Positions 1 to 11,469 of a stretch of DNA of 64,000 nucleotides are shown here, piece by piece; position 1 is the stretch's first letter, and every line of letters starts with the position of its first letter. The stretch is from Mobula hypostoma (Eukaryota): positions 12,400,001 through 12,464,000 of the forward strand of contig NC_086126.1 of assembly GCF_963921235.1 (NCBI RefSeq). The letters are read 5' to 3'. The notes below the pieces were generated by a model. That model did no database searches, was not told where the DNA came from, and was given only the letters and a program-made list of their open reading frames with translations. A program made the translations under genes and the position numbers.

Positions 1-760
1 TCGCGGCACTGACGACAGCATCGGCGCCGTTTCATCCACCCACGCTGAGCTCGTCAATTTTATCAACCTTGGCTCTAACTTCCACCCTGCCCTTACATTC
101 ACTTGGTTCGTCTCTAACACCCACCTCTCCTTTCTTGTTCTCTCTGTCTCCGTATACAACCAGTCAACTGATATCTTTTATAAACCTGATTCCCATGGTT
201 ATCTTGACCATAATTCTTCCCACCCCATCTCCTGGAAAAATGCTATTTGCTTTTCTCAATCTCTTCATCTTCAGGACGAGGCTTTCCATTCCAGGACATC
301 AGAGATGTCCTCCTTCTTTAAAGAACCGCTCCCCCCCCCCTCTATTGATGCTGCCCTCACCCGCATCTCCTCCATTTCCCGATCATACAAGCTCACACCA
401 TCTTCCCGCTGCCTTAATAGTGTTGGAGTCCCTTTTTTTCTTGCCTGCCCCTCCATTAACCTCCGCACCAAACACACCATCCGCCACAACTTCCACTGAC
501 CCCCCACGAACACTCCACCTTCCACAGGGATCGTTCCCTCCATAATTCCCTTGTCTATTCATCCCTCCCCACTAATCTCCTTCCAGGCACTTACCCCTGC
601 AAGTGGCCTACCCTGCCCAGTCACCTCCACTGATCACCCCAAACTGTCCTTCCAGGTGAGGCAGCACTTCACCTGCGAATCTGCTGGAGTCGTCGAATGT
701 GTTCAGTGCTCCTGACGCAGCCACCTCTCCATCGCTGAGACCTACTGTCGGCCGTGGGGG
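1..760 (+). mobile_element. Degenerate Penelope-like retroelement fragment (RT C-terminus to start of GIY-YIG region)
   Basis: Colinear with the better-preserved copy at 46394-47494 ([26 protein letters not shown] and [15 protein letters not shown] blocks), with many frameshifts. Confidence 0.75.
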
Positions 761-1527
761 AGTGAAAATCTGAAAGAAAGTGTCAAACACGAATTGGTCA
801 GATTTAGTGGAAACAGACAAACCAATTGCCTTTGTTCTTGCCATGTGCTTGACGGAATGGAGTCCGACATTTTGTGAGGGTGCCCTGTAGCCTCCATCTT
901 GTGAACTGTTCGAGAACTGATTCTTCCTCAGGGGTAATCGAATCAGAACAATTGAACGTTGTGAGAATGGGTTTCTGCTAAACCTGAGAACATTCTCAGA
1001 TAAGTTGTGCGTTGAGTACAATGGCAGGTTTCCAGAAGTCGTCTCGTTACCTCAATCCACTGTCTAAGTGACCTGGTTTGAACCAGAATCGAAGGAAACA
1101 GTAGAAGCTGTTTAGCTGTCGGACTAGATCCAGTGGGAAGGTGTTATAGGACAGTCAGATGACGCTGACACTGAAAGCAACATTTGAACTTGAATGGAAT
1201 GAAAAGAAAGCAGAGGCTTCAAATGCATCATAGCGATAACCTCGAAGAGTCATCATCGCAAGGAAGAAATTGCATGCCAGGGGCTGGGAGAAGAAGGATC
1301 TATCTTCTGAACAATGGGAGATTCCCGATTGTGGTGATTTGAAGTGGAGGAGCGGTTTGAATGAGTATTGGTTCACAGAAAAGAGTAGAATTCATGTTTT
1401 AAGTTGTTGGCCTGTTACATTTTTGTTCGTGCAGAGGCGAAAAAGTGCAAGATTCGACTAATTTCGAGTTATGTGGCAGTTTACTGGCCTGGTTCAGTTG
1501 ACGAACAGTCAACGCCGTAGGAAATTA

Positions 1528-2150
1528 AGGGGCCACTTCCAGCACCTGCACCACCACCACCCCCGTCTGCCACAAGCGAAACTTTTAATTCCGATTTCCA
1601 TTCCCGTTTCCGTTCTGGCGTGTCGGTGCAAGGCCAAAATGTGGTTACCCTCAGGGTGGAGAAACAACACCTTATATTCCGTCTGGGAAGCCTTCACCAC
1701 AATGTCATGAATATTAATTTTCTCCTTGTGGTATAAAAACGTTCCCCACCCCCTTCTTCCTGTTCCCAACTCTGACCTTTCACTTCTTATTACCTCCATC
1801 AGGGTCCCCTCCTCCTTCCCTTTCCCCTATGGTCCACTCTCCTCTCCCCTCTGGTTCCTTCCTCTCTCCCACTCACCCGGCTTCACCTATCACCTTCCAG
1901 CTAGCGTCCTTCCCCTCCCTCCAGCTGCTTGTCCAGACGTCTTTCCCCTTTCCTCTCAGTCCTGAAGAAAAGATCTTGGCCCAAAACCTCTCTTTTCCAT
2001 CGTCCAGCCGAAGGGTCTCGGCCCGAAACGTCGATTGTACTTTCTTTTCCCACATAGATGCTGCCTGGCCTGCTGAGTTCCTTCATAATTTTGTGTTTGT
2101 GTACGCGTTGCTTTGGATTTCCAGCATCTGCTCCTTTCTCGTGTTTGCAA
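1528..2150 (+). mobile_element. 3' continuation of the Penelope-like element (GIY-YIG tail and pLTR with degenerate hammerhead)
   Basis: Matches the [13 protein letters not shown]-coding region and the terminal gatgctgcctggcctgctgagttc...ttccagcatctg motif seen in other copies. Confidence 0.7.
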
Positions 2151-2203
2151 TGTCACAAAAAGAAGTGGGGGGTTGGCGGATTTGGGGGCGGCAGCCCCGC
2201 AGA

Positions 2204-2233
2204 AAGATGGCGTGGCCAGAGCGGGGCGGAAGT
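2204..2233 (+). promoter_or_regulatory. Putative cystatin copy 1 promoter motifs (YY1-like AAGATGGCG; GC-box/ETS GGGGCGGAAGT)
   Basis: Motifs at 2204-2212 and 2223-2233, conserved at the same offset before copy 2. Confidence 0.5.
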
Positions 2234-2294
2234 AACGAGTGAAAAGCGGAGGAAGAGACGCCAACACCTGTTATTTGCTTTACTGCGGAGGAAG

Positions 2295-5200
2295 ATCGGT
2301 GCGGTTCTGGTGGTGTTGGTGTTGATGTTGGGGGCGGCGGATGTGGGGGCGACCTCCATGCCGGGCGGCCTCAGCCCCGTGCCCACAGATGACCCCGGGG
2401 TGGTGAACGCGATGCGGGCAGCGGAGGAGTATTTCAATCGCAGATCCAACGACGAGTTTTACTCCATGGTGTCGAATGTGACATCGGCCGAAACAGAGGT
2501 GATGGGGAGGGAAATAGGAGGGGGAGGGGCGGGAGGAGGGCGGTGGGGGGGAGAGGGAGGGAGGAGAGGGGAAGGCAGGGAGGAGGGGTGGGAAGTGGGG
2601 AGTAGCGAGGAGTGAAAGAGGCAATGGAGAGGGGCAGGGAGGGGGGTAAGTGGGGAATAGACTGGGTGGGCAGAGGAGGGGAAGTGGGGAGGAGAGTGGG
2701 AAGGGGAAGGGTGGGAAGAGGGGGAGGGGAGGTGAGGATGGGGAGCTGAGATGGGATAAAAGGGGAGGAGGAGACGGAAGGAGGGGAGGTGAGGGAGGAG
2801 GAAGATATTGAGGGAGAGGGGGAGACGTAGAGGGAGGGAGAGTGGGAGGAGGGGTGGGAGCGGGGGAAGATCGGGTGGAGGTGTAAGGGAGGGGCAAGAG
2901 GAGGGGAGAGTGGGGAGAAGGGTGTGGGGGAGAGGGCGAGGGAGGATACGGAGAATCTGCACAGAGATATGTATAGGTTAAGTCAGTGGGCAAATGTCTG
3001 TCAGATGGAGTACAATGTTGGTAAATACGAGGTCATCCAGTTTGGAAGGAAAAAAGGACGAGCAGATTATTATTTAAATGGTAAAAGATTGCAGCATTCT
3101 GCTGTACAGAGGGACTCGGGAGTGCTTGCGCATGAATCACGAAAGGTTGGTTTGCATGTACAGCAGGCTATCAAGCAAATGATGTTAGCCTTTATTGCTG
3201 GAGGGATTGAATTCAAGAGCAGGGAGGTTATGCTGCAACTGTACTGGGTACTGGTGAGGCTGCACCTGGAGTACTGCGTGCAGTTCTGGTCTGCTTGCTT
3301 CAGGAAGGATATACTGGCTTTGGAGGTTCACCATGTTGAGACTAGAGAGGAGGGTGTGAGACTATAAGCAGAGATTGAAATGCCTGGGACTGTACTTGCT
3401 GGAAATCAGAAAAATGAGAAGAAATCTTAGAGAAAAATACAATTATGAAAGAGATAGAGCCAGGAACGTTCTTTGCACTGGTAGGTGAGACTAGAACTAG
3501 GGGACATAGCCTCAAGATTCAGGGCAGTAGATTTAATTGGGGAAAGGCAAATTACGATGCTATAAGGCTGGAACTTGCTAGTGTGAATTGGGATGATGTT
3601 TTTGCAGGGAAATGTACTATGGACATGAGGTCGATGTTTAGAGATCTCTTGCGAGATGTAAGGGATAAATTTGTCCCGGTGAGGAAGATAAAGAGTGGTA
3701 GCGTGAAGGAACCATGGGTGACAAGTGAGGTGGAAAATCTAGTCAGGTGGAAGAAGGCAGCATACATGAGGTTTAGGAAGCAAGGATCAGATGGGTCTAT
3801 TGAGGAATATAGGGAAGCAAGAAAGGAGCTTAAGAAGGGGCTGAGAAGAGCAAGAAGGGGGCATGAGAAGGCCTTGGCGAGTAGGGTAAAGGAAAACCTC
3901 AAGGCATTCTTCAATTATGTGAAGAAAAAAAGGATGACAGGAGTGAAGGTAGGACCGATTAGAGATAAAGGTGGGAAGATGTGCCTGGAGGCTGTGGAAG
4001 TGAGCGAGGTCCTCAATGAATACTTTTCTTCGGTATTCACCAATGAGTGGGAACTTGATGATGGTGAGGACAATATGAGTGAGGTTGATGTTCTGGAGCA
4101 TGTTGATATTAAGGGAGAGGAGGTGTTGGAGTTGTTAAAATACATTAGGACGGATAAGTCCCCGGGGCCTGACGGAATATTCCCCAGGCTGCTCCACGAG
4201 GCGAGAGAATAGATTGCTGAGCCTCTGGCTAGGATCTTTATGTCCTCGTTGTCCACGGGAATGGTACCGGAGGATTGGAGGGAGGCGAATGTTGTTCCCT
4301 TGTTCAAAAAAGGTAGTAGGGATAGTCCGAGTAATTATAGACCAGTGAGCCTTACATCTGTGGTGGGAAAGCTGTTGGAAAAGATTCTTAGAGATAGGAT
4401 CTCTGGGCATTTACAGAATCATGGTCTGATCAGGGACAGTCAGCATGGCTTTGCAAACGGCAGATCGTGTCTAACAAGCCTGATAGAGTTCTTTGAGGAG
4501 GTGACCAGGCATATAGATGAGGGTAGTGCAGTTGATGTGATCTACATGGATTTTAGTAAGGCATTTGACAAGGTTCCACACGGTAGGCTTATTCAGAAAG
4601 TCAGAAGGCATGGGATCCAGGGAGGTTTGGCCAGGTGGATTCAGAATTGGCTTGCCTGCAGAAGGCAGAGGGTCGTGGTGGAGGGAGTCCATTCAGATTG
4701 GAGGTTTGTGACTAGTGGTGTCCCACAAGGATCTGTTCTGGGACCTCCACTTTTCGTGATTTTTATTAACGACCTGGATTTGGGATAGAAGGGTGGGTTG
4801 GCAAGTTTGCAGACGACACAAAGGTTGGTGGTGTTGTAGATAGTGTAGAGGATTGTCAAAGATTGCAGAGAGACATTGATAGGATGCAGAAGTGGGCTGA
4901 GAAGTGGCAGATGGAGTTCAACCCGGAGAAGTGTGAGGTGGTACACTTTGGAAGGACAAACTCCAAGGCAGAGTACAAAGTAAATGGCAGGATACTTGGT
5001 AGTGTGGAGCAGCAGAGGGATCTCGGGGTACATGTCCACAGATCCCTGAAAGTTGCCTGACAGGAGGATAGGGTAGTTAAGAAAGCTTATGGGGTGTTAG
5101 CTTTCATAAGTCGAGGGATAGAGTTTAAGAGTCGCGATGTAATGATGCAGCTCTATAAAACTCTGGTTAGGCCACACTTGGAGTACTGTGTCCAGTTCTG

Positions 5201-6427
5201 GTCACCTCACTATAGGAAGGATGTGGAAGCATTGGAAAGGGTACAGAAGAGATTTACCAGGATGCTGCCTGGTTTTGAAAGTATGCATTATGATCAGAGA
5301 TTAAGGGAGCTAGGGCTTTACTCTTTGGAGAGAAGGAGGATGAGAGGAGACATGATAGAGGTGTACAAGATAATAAGAGGAATAGATAGAGTGGATAGCC
5401 AGCGCCTCTTCCCCAGGGCACCACTGCTCAATACAAGAGGACATGGCTTTAAGGTAAGGGGTGGGAAGTTCAAGGGGGATATTAGAGGAAGGTTTTTTAC
5501 TCAGAGAGTGGTTGGTGCGTGGAATGCACTGCCTGAGTCAGTGGTGGAGGCAGATACACTCGTGAAGTTTAAGAGACTACTGGACAGGTATATGGAGGAA
5601 TCTAAGGTGGGGGCTTATATAGGAGGCAGGGTTTGAGGGTCGGCACAATATTGTGGGCCGAAGGGCCTGTACTGTGCTGTTATATTCTATGTTCTATGTT
5701 CTATTAAGACAGAGATGAGGAGGAACTGCTTTTCCCAGAGAGTGGTGAATCTGTGGAATTCTCTGCCCAATGAAGCAGTGGAGGCTGCCTCAGTAAATAT
5801 ATTTAAGACAAGGTTGGATAGATTTTTGCATAGTAGGGGAATTAAGGGTTATTGGGAAAAGGCAGGTGGGTGGAGATGAGTCCAAGGTCAGATCAGTCAT
5901 GATCTTATTGAGTGGCGGAGCGGGCTCGACGGGCCGGATGGCCGACTCCTGCTCCTATTTCTTATGACCAGCAGAGTAAAGGTGGTGGGTGTGTGCAGAT
6001 GGGTGACCACTCCTGGCTCGATACACACAGACACCCTGTAGAGATGTTTTGAGGCCTTTCTGACTGTAATGTGCTCTTGCAGGTGGTGGCGGGGTTCCTG
6101 TACTATCTCACCCTGGAGCTGAGAACCACCGTCTGCAGGAAGAGTTCTCTTTCCCAGGACTGTCCCTTCCACGAGGATCCTCAATATGCCAAGGTGAGCG
6201 ATCAGTGCACTGGTGGTCTCGGGAGTGAGGGGCGGGGGTCCTGTCCCCAGGGACACTGGAACCTGGTGGGGATTCATGAATCTGCTGGGGTACCGGCGGG
6301 AAACTCTTTTAATACTGGCCTCTGCTTTTCCCCGGAGACAATGACCTGTAAATTTCAAGTCCTGCAGCAACTGTGGGTCGGGCCCACGCAGGTGACTGAA
6401 TCTTCTTGCTCCAGGACGGCCAAGTGA
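2295..6427 (+). CDS. Type-2 cystatin, copy 1 (divergent; start codon position is ATC, possibly an incipient pseudogene)
   Basis: Exons 2295-2498, 6083-6193 and 6338-6427 with GT-AG phase-0 introns. Signal-peptide-like N-terminus, [11 protein letters not shown]|VVAG, four Cys, LW in place of PW. First in-frame ATGs at 2325 and 2358. AATAAA at 6842-6847. Confidence 0.8.
2505..2945. repeat. G/A-rich low-complexity tract in cystatin copy 1 intron 1
   Basis: Nearly pure purine with G runs on the + strand. Confidence 0.85.
2946..3536 (+). mobile_element. Older CR1 LINE ORF2 3' fragment, interrupted by a younger CR1 and resuming at 5704-5966
   Basis: LEYCVQFWS-type RT C-terminal motif; the sequence joins up across the inner insertion. 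Confidence 0.8.
3537..5703 (+). mobile_element. 5'-truncated CR1 LINE ORF2 (reverse transcriptase) with stops and a frameshift
   Basis: [43 protein letters not shown] and FADDT motifs; 3' (TTCTATG)n-type tail; TTAA at both junctions. Confidence 0.95.
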
Positions 6428-7512
6428 CCGGTCTGTAGGACCCCGGCGGCACACAGCGTGGCGCGCACCGCTCAGCTAAAGCAATAATTCTGATCACCAG
6501 GTCAAATGGATACGAATACAGCACTTTACCACGGCCCGGGGCGCCTCGTAATGCAATCTCCACAACGCATACAGACAAACGCGAGTGTGTATACACTCGC
6601 TCAGTAATATACATTCCCCAGGCTACTATCTCTCTCTCTCTCTTTCACACGCCATCTTTGAGTTGGAACCCTTGAAAGATGGCTCGTCATAGACATCGAG
6701 GGGCCAAATAACCCGCTCCTGTGCCAGACCGCTGTACGTTCTGTGCTCAGTAGTATTTGGGCTCCAACTCGCGGGCTGACCAGTTATTACCATAATTGTA
6801 TACTGTAATTAATCTGCAAATGTATATTTTTATACTTGCGCAATAAAGTTTTTGCATTCTTAGTCTGCCTGTGTTTGCAATGTTAACAGGGTAACTGACT
6901 GCATGAGGTTAACACAGTACTGACCGCCACGGACTATAGTGAGCCCAGCGATCGTGGTTAGACCCAGCATCTCGATAGGAGCGACCAGTCTCAGTCAGTG
7001 CTGTAATTTCAAACATGGCGGGAGTGTGTGAGACCAGAGGACTCGGCCTCCGAAAAGAAGGTCGTCCTTTTAGGAGGGAGAGGAGTAATTTCTTCAGCCA
7101 GAGTGTGGTGAATCTGTGGAATTGGTTGCCACAAGCAAGCCTTTACGTTTAAGACAGATTGACAGAATCTTGATTGGTCAGGGCATAAAGTGACACGGGA
7201 AGAAGGCAGGAGATCGGGGGCTGGGAGGGAAAATGATGAAATGGCGGAGGAGATTCGACGGGCCAAATGGCCTAATTCTGCCTTCATATCTCACGGCCTT
7301 ATAAAGTGTATTCATCATGGAGAATGTACCGTTTCCCGTTCTCATGCAGGTTTTCTCGTTTCTTTTCCATAGATGTTGAGTTCCTCCAGCATTTTGTGTT
7401 TCTGTGCGCGTTGCTTTGGATTTCCAGCATCTACTCCTTTCTCGTGTTTGCAATGTCACAAAAAGACCAAGACGTAGGGAGATTGCGAATTTGGGGGCGG
7501 AAGCCCCGCAGA

Positions 7513-7543
7513 AAGATGGCGTGGCCAGTGCGGGGCGGAAGTG
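7513..7543 (+). promoter_or_regulatory. Putative cystatin copy 2 promoter motifs (YY1-like; GC-box/ETS)
   Basis: AAGATGGCG at 7513-7521 and GGGGCGGAAGTG at 7532-7543; duplicate of 2204-2233. Confidence 0.5.
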
Positions 7544-7603
7544 ACGAGCGAAGGGCGGAGGAAATGACGCCAACGCCTGTTATTTTCTTTACTGCGTAGT
7601 AAG

Positions 7604-10243
7604 ATGGGTCCGATTCTGGTGGTGGTTTTGGTGTTGATGTTGGCGGCGGCGAAGGTGGGGGCGACCTCCATGCCGGGCGGCCTCAGCCCCGTGGCTACAG
7701 ATGACCCCGGGGTTCTGAACGCAATCGGGGTGGTGGAGGAGGACTTCAACCGCAGGTCCAACAACGAGCTTCACACCGCGGTGTCGAATGTGATATCTGC
7801 CCAAAAACAGGTGATGGGGAGGGAAATAGGGGGAGGGGGAGGGTAGGGAGGGATGGGGAAGGCTGGGTAGGGAGGGAGGCGGAAGGGGTAGGTGGGGAGG
7901 GGAGGGAAAAGGGGTGGGTGGGGAGGCGAGGGGGAAGGGGTGGGGAGGGGAGGCGAGGGGGCGGTGGGGAGGGAGGGGGCGGTGGGGAGGGATGGGGAAG
8001 GCTGGGTAGGGAGGGAGGCGGAAGGGGTGGGTGGGGAGGCAAGGGGGAAGGGTGGGTGGGGAGGCGAGGGGGAAGGGTGGAGAGGGAGCGGGAAGGGTGG
8101 GTGGGGAGCGGAGTGAGGGGGAAGGCTGGGTAGGGAGGGAGGCGGAAGGGGTAGGTGGGGAGGGGAGGAAGAAGGGGTAGGTGGGGAGGGAGCTGGAAGG
8201 GTGGGTGGGGAAGGGAGGGAGGGGGAAGGCTGGGTAGGGAGGGAGGCGGAAGGGGTAGGTGGGGAGGGGAGGGAAAAGGGGTGGGTGGGGAGGCGAGGGG
8301 GAAGTGGGGAGGGGAGGCGAGGGGGCGGGTGGGTGGGGAGGGATGGGGAAGGCTGGGTAGGGAGGGAGGCGGAAGGGGTGGGTGGGGAGGGGAGGGGGAA
8401 GGGTGGGGAGGGGAGGCAAGGGGGCGGTGGGGAGGGAGGGGGCGGAGGGGAGGGATGGGGAAGGCTGGGTAGGGAGGGAGGCGGAAGGGGTGGGTGGGGA
8501 GGCGAGGGGGAAGGGGTGGGTGGGGAGGGGGAAGGGTGGAGAGGGAGCGGGAAGGGTGGGTGGGGAGGGGAGTGAGGGGGAAGGCTGGGTAGGGAGGGAG
8601 GCGGAAGGGGTAGGTGGGGAGGGGAGGGAGAAGGGGTAGGTGGGGAGGGAGCGGGAAGGGTGGGTGGGGAGGGAGGGGGAAAGCTGGGTAGGGAGGGAGG
8701 CGGAAGGGGTAGGTGGGGAGGAGAGGGAAAAGGGGTGGGTGGGGAGGTGAGGGGGAAGTGGGGAGGGGAGGCGAGGGGGCGGGTGGGTGGGGCGAGATGG
8801 GGAAGGCTGGGTAGGGAGGGAGGCGGAAGGGGTGGGTGGGGAGGGGAGGGGGAAGGGTGGGGAGGGGAGGCGAGGGGGCGGTGGGGAGGGAGGGGGGGTG
8901 GGGAGGGATGGGGAAGGCTGGGTAGGGAGGGAGTCTGAAGGGGTGGGTGGGGAGGCGAGGGGGAAGGGGTGGGTGGGGAGGGGGGAAGGGTGGAGAGGGA
9001 GCGGGAAGGGTGGGTGGGGAGGGGAGTGAGGGGGAAGGCTGGGTAGGGAGGGAGGCGGAAGGGGTAGGTGGGGAGGGAGAAGGGGTGGGTGGGGAGGCGA
9101 GGGGGCTGTGGGGAGGGAGGGGGCGGGGTGGGTGGGGAGGGATGGGGAAGGCTGGGTAGGGAGGGAGGCAGATGGGGTGGGTGGGGAGGTGAGGGAGAAG
9201 GGGTGGGTGGGGAGGGGAGAGGGAAGGGTGGGGAGGGAGCGGGAAGGGTGGGTGGGGAGGGGGAAGGGTGGGGAGGGAGCAGGAAGGGTGGGTGGGGAGG
9301 GGAGGGAGTGGGAAGGGTGGGTAGGGAGGGAGGGGGAAGGGATAGGTGGGTGGGGAGGGCGTGGGAAGGGGTGGGGAGGTGAGGGGGCGGTGGGGAGGGA
9401 TGGGGCGGGGTGGGTGGGGAGGGAGGGGGAAGGGGAGGGAAGGATGTGAGGGTGGATGAATACAGAGCTCTGGTGGGGGACTGTCTTATTGATACTGAGC
9501 TCCAGATGATTCGTATCGCATCATTGAACAAAGGGGATGGCGATGGACTTTAGGATGGGGAGGGTGAGGAGAGTAGGGTAGGGTGGGGAGAGGAGGTGAT
9601 AATGTGGGCAGGGGAGGAGGGGGTCGAGAGGGGAGCGGGGTTAGGGTGGGGAGGGGAAGTGGGGGAGGAGAGGGAGAGAATACGGAGAGGGGGCTTGTGG
9701 AGTGTGAGGTGAGGAAGGGATGGGAAGGAAGGGGAAGTGCTGAGGAGTGGAGAGTCGAGTAGGGGCGAGGGAGGGGAAGTTTGCAGGAGGTGGGGAGCAG
9801 AGCGCCAGTGTGGGGGAATTCCCCGAGGCCCAGTGAAAGTAGTTTGTCAGTCGCTGCGCTTCTGACTCTTGCAGGTGGTGTCGGGGTTAATGTACCACCT
9901 CTCCCTGGCGCTGAGAACCACCGTCTGCAGGAAGGTTGAACCTCGTTCAGAGAACTGCCCCTTTCACCAGGACCCTCAATATGCCAAGGTGAGTGATCAG
10001 TGCGCTGGTGGTCTCGGACGAGAGGTGGGGGAGGCGAGTGGGGGGGGGGGTCCCGTCCCCGTTGCAGACTGGAACATGGTGGGGATTCATGTATCTGCCG
10101 GGGTACCAGCGGGGAGCTGAATTTTAATACTGGCCTCTTGTTTCTCCCCGCAGAGAACGACCTGTAGATATAAAGTCTGGTACCGCCCGTGGATCGGGCA
10201 CATGGAGGTGAACAGTGCTGAATGCCACGAGGTGTTACCATGA
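7604..10243 (+). CDS. Type-2 secreted cystatin, copy 2 (136 aa, canonical motifs; at the CST6-syntenic position)
   Basis: Exons 7604-7810, 9875-9988 and 10154-10243. ATG, hydrophobic signal peptide, PGG, Q|VVSG (QxVxG), two Cys pairs, PW. AATAAA at 10477-10482. Confidence 0.92.
7820..9450. repeat. G-rich compound tandem repeat in cystatin copy 2 intron 1
   Basis: Recurring unit ggggaaggctgggtagggagggaggcggaagggg; it produces the spurious Pro- and Gly-rich ORFs. Confidence 0.9.
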
Positions 10244-10644
10244 CCGGACTGTAGGACCCTGGGGCGCACACAGCTCTGCGAAAGCAATAATACTGATCAG
10301 CACTTTACCACAGCCCCGGGCGCCTACGTAACCGAGGGCCAGATCGCCCCACAGCCTCTGCTCGACCTTTATCCGTTCTATGCTCAGCAGTATTTGCGTT
10401 TCAACTCACGGGCTGACCAGTTATTACCATAATTGTATAATTAAGCTGCAAATGTACATGTTTTTTAATCTTGCACAATAAAGCTTTTGCATTCTGAGTC
10501 TGCCCGTGTTTGCAAAGTTAACGGGGTAACTCGGTGAATGAGGTCGGCCCAGCACTGGCCACCACGGACTGTGGTGAGCTCGGCGGTCAGTCAAGAATTC
10601 TTTTAATTTCAAGCATAATAGAATATCTGACACCTTGTACGGTC

Positions 10645-11217
10645 AGTGGGCACTTTTATCGATACCTCCTGCTCCTAATATAGCCACTGGGTGTACGTTT
10701 GTGGTCTTCTGTCGCTGTAGCCACTGTTCGAATTGAAAACATTCACTTCAATCTTCGAAGGTGCTGTGCGCTCAGAGATGTTGTTCCGCACACCACCGGT
10801 GTAACGGGTGGTTATTTGAGTTACTGCCGCCTTCCCGTCAGCTTGAACCAGGCTGGCCGTTCTCCTCTCCCATTAAACAAGGCGATTTTGCCCACTGAAC
10901 TGCCACTCGCTGGATTTTTTTTTTAAATTATCACACCATTGTCCAAACTCTGTGAAAATCCCAGGAGATCAGCCGTTTCTGAGATCCTCAAACCACCCAG
11001 TCTGTGACTTGGCTCAAAGGGCCGACTCGTTCCTGTATCTCAATAAATAAAATTTTTTTTAAAGTCTCTTAGATCATCTTTCTCCCCGACTCTAGTGTGC
11101 AGCCTGAGCGATGACAGAACCTCTGGACCGTGCCTGCGTGCTTTTGGGCATTGAGTTGGCGCCGGGTGAGTTAGCGAGCAGATGTACTGGTGTATCTGAT
11201 AAATCGGACACTGAATG
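10645..11217 (-). mobile_element. Non-autonomous Tc1/mariner-like element
   Basis: cagtgg-cacttt terminus; internally colinear with 56490-57030, which carries a Tc1 N-terminal HTH remnant. Confidence 0.65.
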
Positions 11218-11469
11218 TATAAAGGGTTAGATGTGCCACATTCACCAAATCAAAACACACAATTTTTACACCAAAATGTCCATATTAGGGCCATTCTGAG
11301 CTACTGACACAAATGGCCTCTCATTCATTCATGCATTTATTAATAAATCAGCTTTTTACAGCGTAAAATCTGAAAGACCCCGGTGATTTCGGGTCACTAT
11401 GATCCATAAAGAGCGATTAAGGATTAGTGGGAGGGTTTTCGGGAAGGTTTTGTCTCCGGGCCGCTGCCT

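Noticed and set aside
2058-2615. 185-aa ORF as an N-terminally extended cystatin
   Set aside because: The upstream ATG lies inside a Penelope remnant, upstream of the promoter-like motifs, and the frame is not conserved in copy 2.
7771-9531. 586-aa Pro-rich ORF and overlapping Gly/Arg-rich ORFs
   Set aside because: They are by-products of a stop-poor G-rich intronic repeat.
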